NCBI GenBank assembly: GCA_964506845.1
Contig: CAZDNS010000006.1
Coordinates: forward strand, 1-59,575
Origin: an uncultured Planctomycetia bacterium
GTDB lineage: Bacteria > Omnitrophota > Gorgyraeia > VGKN01
Direction of reading: 5' to 3'
DNA length: 59,575 bases
The notes under the pieces are model-generated. The model did not search any database. It saw nothing but the letters and a program-made list of their open reading frames with translations, and had not been told where the DNA came from. Shown here in pieces: positions 41,601 to 47,587 of the stretch. The position numbers were made by a program, and so were the translations under genes. The number at the start of each line of letters is the position of its first letter. The stretch's first letter is position 1.

Positions 41601-44600
41601 ACTCTTTAATAAATTTGGGCGCCCAGAGACTAAGCTTTGAGACTCGTTCTGCATCGAGAACAGATGCCAGTATAAGACCTACCTTTGTCTTAAAATGCTG
41701 CCATCTGGTTGGCGAGTAAAATATAATCTCTTCAATAATAGGATATTTACCCAAGTATATTCTTCCCTGATTTGCATCTACAGTGAGTTCTATCTCTGAT
41801 TTTTTAACCTTGTTTAAAATATCCTTATCCTCAGAAAGCAATGCAGGATTTATTACTAACCCCACAACTGCAGGAATTCCCCTTTCTCCGCAAAAGATTG
41901 TGGCATGGGAGGTTTCAGAGCCAGTTAGGGTAACCACGTAACTTGCCACCATCATCGCTCTGTCATATTCAGGTTTTGGGTCAGCTGCCAGCATACCCAC
42001 AGTCTCTCCCGCATTCTTTAATAAATCTACCACCTCTATAAACCTGTCTATCTGTCGCGATAAAATTTCAGACACAAAAACATTAACTTCGCTTGTAAAA
42101 AGGTGATTTGAAATATCTATATTCGTCCTTATGTCAATAAAAATAGTAAGTAAAAGGGATTGCCTGTCTTGGGATACCTGTCTCTTGGCCTCAGGGCTTA
42201 GCTCACCTTCAACTGGTAAACTTAGCTCGGTTAATAAGTTTTTAAGGCCTCGTTTAAATCCTTCTTTATTTTGGACTTTATCTGGTAAGGTTAATTCTTC
42301 TATAGCCCTATCTATCTGTGATGCAGAAACCCCTACTAAATCCTCTCTTCCTATAAATGACAAAATCTTCTCAAAATCCTCTTTATTTATATCTCCTAAG
42401 TCTGCAAAATCCTTTTCTAACTCAATCTCTTTAATCCTCTTTGCCCTTTTATAACGCCAGATTATGTCTTTTAGTTCCTCATCTGTAAACCATTCTTTAT
42501 CCAGAGCCTTCTTAACATTTTCGAAATCCTTAAAAGGCTCAGAATATCTTCCAGGTAAGAGTGCTTTTAAAATCGCAATTCCCTCTTGAAGCTTTCTTCC
42601 AACGCTTTGAGTTAATGCTTCGGCTACATCCCTTTTGCTTTTTTCATCAATGTAAATTGCCCTACCTGCTCCTGCATTTGAGGTAGCCACACCTTCTCCG
42701 AATTTCTTGGCATGCTCTATCTGCTCTGGGTCCGGAATTGTTCTTTTAAGCCTTAGATTTTTCGGGTCATCCTTATCCAAATCCGGAATAGCAACTGCTC
42801 GCATCTGGACAGTATTAAAACGCAGTCTTCCTTTATACTCGTAATATAAACATTCGGTATCAACGGTCTTTCCAAGCGCCCCTTGTATCTCTACAATCCA
42901 TCTGGCTATTTCAATGGCTTTCTGTTCTATATCCGATTCATATAAACTCTCGGTTATGCAAAAGCGTTCCCTCATTTCTTGAGGAACTTCTATTCCCTCA
43001 GGATGTTCTTTTGTCATCATACGCTCTTTTTTGCCACGGTGTTTAAAATTAACTACCGCCTTTCCTGTTTTAAGGTCGATATAAACCTCAAGCCTGTCAG
43101 GTTCAACCTTTCCTTCAACCAAGAATGGACCAAGTCCGTATGTAGCATCAAAGGTTATAGTCAAGGTGTTATTGCTAAAACCTGTCATCTTACTTGCCTT
43201 TTTCACAGTAAAACCTGTGATACAGAATTTACTCTGTCTCATAGCCTGTACGCCAAGACCCATCCCAACATTAAGCGGATCTACAATTCTGCTTCTGATA
43301 TCAGTCAATGATTTTCTTAGACGTGAAACTTCCACAGGTGCTTCCTGTTCAATTAAAGAGAGTATCTTTAGCAATCTATAAGTGGAGACAAACTGCTCCT
43401 TTCTTTCGCCCTGGTCCTTAATTGCCTTATTTAACCTTAAAATGACATCTCTGGTAGACGCAGTTTTTCCTTCCTTAATCTCAATCCAAGTTATGTTAGA
43501 ATTTGCCTCGTCTGACTCAAAAGCATTTATAACCAAGTCTCTATCTAATGTTTCAACAAACCTTCTCTTCAAATCTATTTCGCTAATCCCATCCGTCTCT
43601 TTCTGCTGAGTCTTCCAAATCTCAAATGTAGTATTATGCTTAGCTTCTACCTTATTAACCAAATCAGCTATATTTTCTCTTACCCATCTATCGTAAGCAG
43701 AGTTATATCTCTTTTCTAATATAGTTATAACCGTTTGTAAATCCCGCTTGTCTATACTCTGGGTAAGCCACTCATCAAACACCAAAAGGTCTCTATATAC
43801 AATTGGCATTGACTTCCATAATGAAGCGAATCCCTTTAAAACATTAGCAAAAAGCGCTTCAAATGTGACATTTAAATATGTATCCTGCAAGCCTGCAGCT
43901 GCGCCAATTGGACGGTCTTCATAATAAGAGGAACTTCTTACAGCCATAAGTAAGCCAATGAGATTAGTTACTTCTTCTTCATTTAAAATCTTGCCTTCTT
44001 TAGCTCCTTCGAAGAAATCCTTGACTTTTATTTCTTCCTGAGAATTCTTAAGTTCCATAAGTTTTTCTATCTTATCTTTTGTTATAATTCCTTCCTGAAC
44101 AGCAAGCAGTAAAAACTCGGCAAATAATTCATCTGCAAGCGATTCTGGAACTGTGGCACTTTGATGCCAACCGCTTATCAATCCTTCGGCAATGCTTGGC
44201 TCATAGGCATCCTGCGCATCAAGGTCTATAATAACCTCTCTGATTTTTTTCAACATACTTTCGTTCTCTACTGTATTAAGCCGCAAAAAGAAATTATGCC
44301 CTGCGCCAGTAATGCCGAATACGCTCGGAACAGGCGGTTTATCCAAACCCATCCTTAAAAGACGCTTGGCAACAATCTCAGTAAGGAAATACCGCACCAT
44401 CTTAAAAAGGTTATGCACCTTACCGCCAACTGTATCAAGCGTGCTTAACTCCTCAGGCACATCCGCTCTTTGAACAAGATAACCTGCCTTTGTCTTCTCA
44501 ATAGCCTCGGCTAATGCTTTGCAGTCAACTATGCGGTGGGCTAAAGGTGTATTTTTTAGGTCGGGTTGGGATAATATATATCTCTCTAAAGCTTGCTGCT

Positions 44601-45027
44601 TATCATCTGCAAGCTCTCCTACTGCCTTCATAATTACATATATCCGCCTGAAATCCCTGTTGATAGAACCAATAAGAACGGCTAATACATTATTTAAGTC
44701 CGTTTCCTTACCAGTTTTTAAAAGCTCTATAGCATCTTCAAGTTGTGCCTTAGCATGAGAGAAATCTCCTTTGTCTAAATACGCATCCATCTGCTGCCAG
44801 GTGATTGAACCTCCGATAGCGGGACCTGGCGCAGTGCTTAAAGTTTTTCTTGCGCCATTTCTTCTGCCCGCGCCCTGCTCACCTAACATAATAGGAGGTG
44901 CGAGCTTGTCTTTCTTTAAGGCAGTATTAGCATAGGCAGTATCAAAATAAGTGGGCGAGATTACTAAATTAAAAGAAACTAGAATTGTGATTACGGCTGA
45001 AAAAAATCTTTTATATCCTTTAAACAT
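38626..45027 (-). CDS. Leader-bearing PEP synthase / pyruvate-phosphate-dikinase-family megaprotein (2133 aa) with large insertions and a second, degenerate swivel + TIM-barrel unit; no CTD
   Basis: ORF track, with GAAGGGA 6 nt upstream of the ATG. Leader is MFKGYKRFFSAVITILVSFNLVISPTYFDTAYANTALKKDKLAPPIMLGEQGAGRRNG. Confidence 0.9.
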   Translation of the reverse strand: MFKGYKRFFSAVITILVSFNLVISPTYFDTAYANTALKKDKLAPPIMLGEQGAGRRNGARKTLSTAPGPAIGGSITWQQMDAYLDKGDFSHAKAQLEDAIELLKTGKETDLNNVLAVLIGSINRDFRRIYVIMKAVGELADDKQQALERYILSQPDLKNTPLAHRIVDCKALAEAIEKTKAGYLVQRADVPEELSTLDTVGGKVHNLFKMVRYFLTEIVAKRLLRMGLDKPPVPSVFGITGAGHNFFLRLNTVENESMLKKIREVIIDLDAQDAYEPSIAEGLISGWHQSATVPESLADELFAEFLLLAVQEGIITKDKIEKLMELKNSQEEIKVKDFFEGAKEGKILNEEEVTNLIGLLMAVRSSSYYEDRPIGAAAGLQDTYLNVTFEALFANVLKGFASLWKSMPIVYRDLLVFDEWLTQSIDKRDLQTVITILEKRYNSAYDRWVRENIADLVNKVEAKHNTTFEIWKTQQKETDGISEIDLKRRFVETLDRDLVINAFESDEANSNITWIEIKEGKTASTRDVILRLNKAIKDQGERKEQFVSTYRLLKILSLIEQEAPVEVSRLRKSLTDIRSRIVDPLNVGMGLGVQAMRQSKFCITGFTVKKASKMTGFSNNTLTITFDATYGLGPFLVEGKVEPDRLEVYIDLKTGKAVVNFKHRGKKERMMTKEHPEGIEVPQEMRERFCITESLYESDIEQKAIEIARWIVEIQGALGKTVDTECLYYEYKGRLRFNTVQMRAVAIPDLDKDDPKNLRLKRTIPDPEQIEHAKKFGEGVATSNAGAGRAIYIDEKSKRDVAEALTQSVGRKLQEGIAILKALLPGRYSEPFKDFENVKKALDKEWFTDEELKDIIWRYKRAKRIKEIELEKDFADLGDINKEDFEKILSFIGREDLVGVSASQIDRAIEELTLPDKVQNKEGFKRGLKNLLTELSLPVEGELSPEAKRQVSQDRQSLLLTIFIDIRTNIDISNHLFTSEVNVFVSEILSRQIDRFIEVVDLLKNAGETVGMLAADPKPEYDRAMMVASYVVTLTGSETSHATIFCGERGIPAVVGLVINPALLSEDKDILNKVKKSEIELTVDANQGRIYLGKYPIIEEIIFYSPTRWQHFKTKVGLILASVLDAERVSKLSLWAPKFIKELKKKLSGYYGFSLDRIEEALLAIGVDFRAGEAYDNLQILNNKEKILARLKELEGLEAELITAKEELEGALNIILDKTELGPSKIEINGEWLEVPREERREWIIANVEDLLDNEETIRNFAVSEGGEVVGPVEYTMGLLRGIKLHKNNRIREQLWELAILRANKKQLYLLENPQGPAEIARQKRMMADVEKLRPRKDIQAKIREKIAGYPTAEAYLRDKLKAHFIGLARTVTPEQLVLVRARDFKKNEIIKDLIGAELFYNEERASMVGDRGTGLEVRDENIYAVDIQLKAMNDAIKATKGTNVGTFGFFFVFLRSPEDLEKGLDRIAKLYEAGEIELPPYIGMMLELGNNVPLAADYARILANFARKYNVHTFFSYGTNDLTQSVKKADRDEKGFKKTKIYIPGTDKVSEISVFDEGDPEVIDAILHSALEAKRVIEEEFTDPKTGEALVDFTLGLCGNAIINLLRKPTPEARRAAMQIVAVLDSVGTSIPAFGQTVSLTADSHLETNYIDSKDVGPLTKIVTGKKLREEQKGAALRRVVFIKNNRDLTYLEKLPDGKKVEVPKIVEGDIVILGPDVDFTETDAKKESILAIQLSKASGIITSGVREDSPVMEWLRVNWRKPAILVDTAQDPFRALEDNRDYVVDFQRGFVYLEKSIKLYTEKIVDNTIFTPENIDYTAEPEKVNVKVVSMDDIFVELGLHPFAFAIYLYKTGQLSGLAKETFEEAYNDLRAFQKEKGIVIDEAVERDTVRAVEELLGRYEASSIQDFINKVVKEHIDAAVREATEKGELVVFETSQQEPDFFKGSTVGGQVLLKGLKFGDRYERSTTNSPLGFRGLIKNMSPGYNEVFIMFLRATKKSINEHGRDKVAIQLNMAHNPKILKSAIEFLEQAGFELGEGKDQIGFSISSIGNYIRIYDYLMEYAKKKIISFCRIDDEQLGQDHLMVDLLNMVELYDGKKIPLFSEEQMMRILKKPVAITKTAMKKMNMKLAI
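38743..39960 (-). other. Second, degenerate PEP-utilising unit (His-less swivel-like segment + partial TIM barrel)
   Basis: 'KASGIITSGVREDSPVMEWL' has no His where TSH is expected. 'FVELGLHPFAF', 'NSPLGFRGLI', 'IGFSISSIGN' and 'SFCRIDDEQLGQ' stand against the canonical F-S-I-G-[ST]-N-D-L-T-Q. Confidence 0.5.
40108..41700 (-). other. PEP-utilising enzyme TIM-barrel domain (with insertions)
   Basis: 'YGFSLDRIEEALLAIGV', 'MVGDRGTGLE', 'YIGMMLELG', 'TFFSYGTNDLTQS', 'TLGLCGNAI'. Confidence 0.7.
41848..42015 (-). other. Phosphohistidine swivel domain
   Basis: 'VVTLTGSETSHATIFCGERGIPAVVG'. Confidence 0.8.
42643..44505 (-). other. PPDK_N / ATP-grasp nucleotide-binding region (with insertions)
   Basis: 'LDTVGGKVHNLFKM', 'LMAVRSSSYYEDRPIGAAAGLQDTYLNV'. 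Confidence 0.7.
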
Positions 45028-45041
45028 TTCAAATCCCTTCT

Positions 45042-45074
45042 GTTTTTACCCTGTTAGAGATAGGAAACGCCTCA
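45042..45074 (-). promoter_or_regulatory. Conserved 33-nt upstream element, copy A (14 nt before the 2133-aa start)
   Basis: Minus strand TGAGGCGTTTCCTATCTCTAACAGGGTAAAAAC against TGAGGCATTTCGTATCTCTAACGGGGTAAAAAC at 47414-47446 (30 of 33 identical). Confidence 0.55.
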
Positions 45075-45222
45075 AGCGATTCCTAAGATATCGTTTACCC
45101 ATTCCTGTTTTTAGGTATTCTTCTCTAATAATAGGTAATAGGGTCAAATCTCAATATTCCACATTTTGGCTCATAATTATAAGCCTTTAGTGTTTACCGT
45201 AAGGAGCTGTTAACCGTAACTC

Positions 45223-45251
45223 TTGACATATTCTTTCCAATCTGTTATATT
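45223..45251 (+). promoter_or_regulatory. Sigma70-type promoter of the MNT/HEPN cassette
   Basis: TTGACA (45223-45228), 17-nt spacer, TATATT (45246-45251). AAGGAG precedes ATG 45272. Confidence 0.6.
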
Positions 45252-45271
45252 TCTCAGTTAAAGGAGCTTAA

Positions 45272-45682
45272 ATGAAAAATCTTCAAATCAACAAACATAT
45301 ATTCAAAAAGTTCAATGTAAAACTTGCCTATCTTTTCGGCTCACACGCAAAGGGTAATGCCGCCAAAGAAAGCGATTTTGATATTGCCGTGTTATTCGAA
45401 AAAGATGGCGGCCGCACAGATTATTTTGATAAAGCCATATACCTTGCGGAAGAATTAAGGGATTATTTCCCAGCCGAAATTGATATAGTGGCGTTAAACC
45501 AAGCAAGTAGTCTTCTGAAATATGAAGTGGTTGCCCACGGAAAACCCATTTACTGCGAAGATGAAGCTGAGCGAATAGACTTTGAAGTTGCCGTGACAAA
45601 AGAGTATATAGATGAACAATATGTGCGAGAGATTTATTACAATGCTTTGAAGGAACGAGTAGAAAAAGGGGTGTATAAATGA
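45272..45682 (+). CDS. Minimal nucleotidyltransferase (MNT/MntA-type antitoxin)
   Basis: 'LAYLFGSHAKGNAAKESDFDIAVLF' carries the GS-x(n)-DxD nucleotidyltransferase signature. It overlaps the HEPN gene by 4 nt. Confidence 0.85.
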   Translation: MKNLQINKHIFKKFNVKLAYLFGSHAKGNAAKESDFDIAVLFEKDGGRTDYFDKAIYLAEELRDYFPAEIDIVALNQASSLLKYEVVAHGKPIYCEDEAERIDFEVAVTKEYIDEQYVREIYYNALKERVEKGVYK

Positions 45683-46095
45683 CAAATCCCAGTATTATAA
45701 AAGAGCGGCTACAAGAAATAGATGAGAATTTAAAGATTCTATCAAAATTAAAACAATTGAGTAAAGAAAAATTTACGGCTAACCCTGAAATCTTTAAACT
45801 TGCTGAGCGTTGTTTAGAAATCAACATACAGGCACTCCTTGATATTTGTCATCATATAATTGCCGCCAACAACCTGATAAGGCCTCGCGACAACAAAGAT
45901 GTGTTTGAAATTATAGCTGCACAAAAAATAATCCCTCGCAATTTTGCCAAGCGCATCGAACCAATGGTGGGTCTGCGCAACATCCTTGTTCATGAATACA
46001 TTAAAATTAACCCTAAACAGATCTACCAACATCTCAAGCGCCTTGAAGACTTCCGCACCTTCCAAAAACATATTATCGCCTTCCTTAAAAAATAG
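45679..46095 (+). CDS. HEPN/DUF86 (HepT-type toxin)
   Basis: 'MVGLRNILVHEYIKI' carries the R-x4-H HEPN motif. It has the typical size and is paired with the MNT gene. Confidence 0.85.
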   Translation: MTNPSIIKERLQEIDENLKILSKLKQLSKEKFTANPEIFKLAERCLEINIQALLDICHHIIAANNLIRPRDNKDVFEIIAAQKIIPRNFAKRIEPMVGLRNILVHEYIKINPKQIYQHLKRLEDFRTFQKHIIAFLKK

Positions 46096-46125
46096 ATAAA
46101 AATAGGGCCAGACCCTTTTTATTTT

Positions 46126-46723
46126 CTATTGTAATCTCTCTAATTCCCAATTCCTGAATTCCATATCCAACAACCCCGTGCGGTTAAATAGAAGCGTCCC
46201 CTTTTTCCTTGTTTTAAGTGCTTCTATTTCCTCTGCGCTTGCCATTCTAAGTTTGCCAGAACTAACTAAATTGGCTAAGCCCGACTGCTTTAAGAAACCC
46301 TCTGTTTTTCCTTGCTCTATTCCTCTTTCATCAATAGAAAATCTGATACCCTTGGTTTCTGATAACCAGTGAAAAACCTAACTCATCTAACTCTCTATTT
46401 TGCTCTTTTAAAAGAATAATACCCTGTCTAATTTGCTCTGCTATTTGCTGCAAATCTGTTGTTGTCCTAACCACTTTTTCCGCCAGTTCTATCATTACCG
46501 CAGCACCCAGCGCACGTCTGGCTGCATTTAATTTTCCATCAGCACCATTTCTACGGCTACTATGCGCAGAGGTCATAGGAGGCGCAAGGCGAGATTTTTT
46601 CTTCTGGTTTAAGGAATAGGCAAAGACGGGGTCTATAAGGGATGTGGCGATAAAAACCTCGGCAACAATTAGCGCTATTAGCTTTTTAAAATAATTTCCA
46701 ATGTTATTACTTTCGGGCAACAT
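46126..46723 (-). pseudogene. Cargo-less family member: leader fused almost directly to the CTD, frameshifted and 3'-truncated next to the HEPN gene
   Basis: Frame A (track ORF 46331..46723) gives a leader, MLPESNNIGNYFKKLIALIVAEVFIATSLIDPVFAYSLNQKKKSRLAPPMTSAHSSRRNG, then 'GIILLKEQNRELDELGFSL', which aligns with CTD 'NLIVLQPHMLAQALGLQL'. Frame B (46377-46129) gives 'HWLSETKGIRFSIDERGIEQGKTEGFLKQSGLANLVSSGKLRMASAEEIEALKTRKKGTLLFNRTGLLDMEF', which aligns with CTD 'SLLASDEGITVVVDKEGIQEGEIDSYLELAGLKDLVSSGKVQLKTKRGIEEL..YLDGW'. The last ~75 CTD residues are missing. Confidence 0.65.
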
Positions 46724-46732
46724 AAAAAGCTC

Positions 46733-46921
46733 CTAATTCTTGGAAGAATAAACTAATTTAGTATCTCTTTTATTCACACCTGAAGGGATATTGCTCGTAT
46801 TCCAGATTTTTAACATCTCCTCTATCGAAGCAGTTAAAAGACGTATAGTCTCCTCATTCCTTTTTGATAAGGCTTGTATAACTATATCTCTGGGTTTAAG
46901 TTCAGATTTCTTGTCTTCCAT
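46733..46921 (-). CDS. Small hypothetical protein (62 aa)
   Basis: ORF track only, with no recognisable motif. It occupies the slot between PilZ-2 and a leader gene that the four-helix-bundle gene occupies after PilZ-1. Confidence 0.35.
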   Translation of the reverse strand: MEDKKSELKPRDIVIQALSKRNEETIRLLTASIEEMLKIWNTSNIPSGVNKRDTKLVYSSKN

Positions 46922-46999
46922 TTTTCACCATAATTGTAATGTATAATTACTTTGGTAGCGCTACCGTTGTAGTGTAAAAAAGTTTGTTAAATCACAAAA

Positions 47000-47401
47000 T
47001 TAAAACGGCATATCGATTTCGGCATGAAGCTCTCTCATTTTTTCCAGTTTTTCTCTCTCGACATTTGTAATAAAGTTATAGATTCTGCTTCTGGAATGAT
47101 TATCTATGTCCAGAAACTGGATGCCGCTTTCTATCTTATCTTGTCCATTTTGAATAGAACCTCTGTCTATAAACGGCCTCTGCCACACATCCTTGCCTTT
47201 AACCTTCAGGGGTAAAAATCTGCTATCAAAATTAAGTTCTATGTCTAAGGTATCGCCTGTGTTAATATTCTTATCGGATATAATCCTAACGCCTCCGGAG
47301 CTCATATCCACACACCTTGCAGTAAATATGGTTTTATCCCCGTTTTGACATTTAATATCAAAAGAGTATCTGAAGCGTCTGTATTTTCTATGTTCTCTCA
47401 T
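47000..47401 (-). CDS. PilZ-domain protein, paralog 2
   Basis: 133 aa, with 106 of 133 residues identical to paralog 1 by manual alignment. It has the 'RKYRR' and 'DMSSGG' motifs. Confidence 0.8.
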   Translation of the reverse strand: MREHRKYRRFRYSFDIKCQNGDKTIFTARCVDMSSGGVRIISDKNINTGDTLDIELNFDSRFLPLKVKGKDVWQRPFIDRGSIQNGQDKIESGIQFLDIDNHSRSRIYNFITNVEREKLEKMRELHAEIDMPF

Positions 47402-47413
47402 TACCGTAGATTA

Positions 47414-47446
47414 GTTTTTACCCCGTTAGAGATACGAAATGCCTCA
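47414..47446 (-). promoter_or_regulatory. Conserved 33-nt upstream element, copy B (12 nt before the PilZ-2 start)
   Basis: See copy A at 45042-45074. Confidence 0.55.
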
Positions 47447-47530
47447 TAATAAATTCTCAATTCCTTAATTACCAATTCCTAATTCCTTTTTTCACTCATC
47501 ACTTGTGACTTATCACTTCTAATCGTTCTG
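47447..47530. repeat. 7-nt-periodic degenerate spacer
   Basis: Minus strand reads AGAAGTG ATAAGTC ACAAGTG ATGAGTG AAAAAAG GAATTAG GAATTGG TAATTAA GGAATTG AGAATTT. Confidence 0.5.
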
Positions 47531-47587
47531 TTAGCGCTACCTTTTTTGTCTAAAAAAATAAAGTCCTATTTGGTTATTTAAGGGCTC

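Noticed and set aside
1-46723. Giant ORFs as assembly chimeras of separate enzyme genes.
   Set aside because: This cannot be excluded without reads. However, five independent ORFs show the same leader/CTD bracketing. Linker modules recur, the frames stay open for up to 20 kb, and SD spacing is uniform. All of this argues for genuine fusions.
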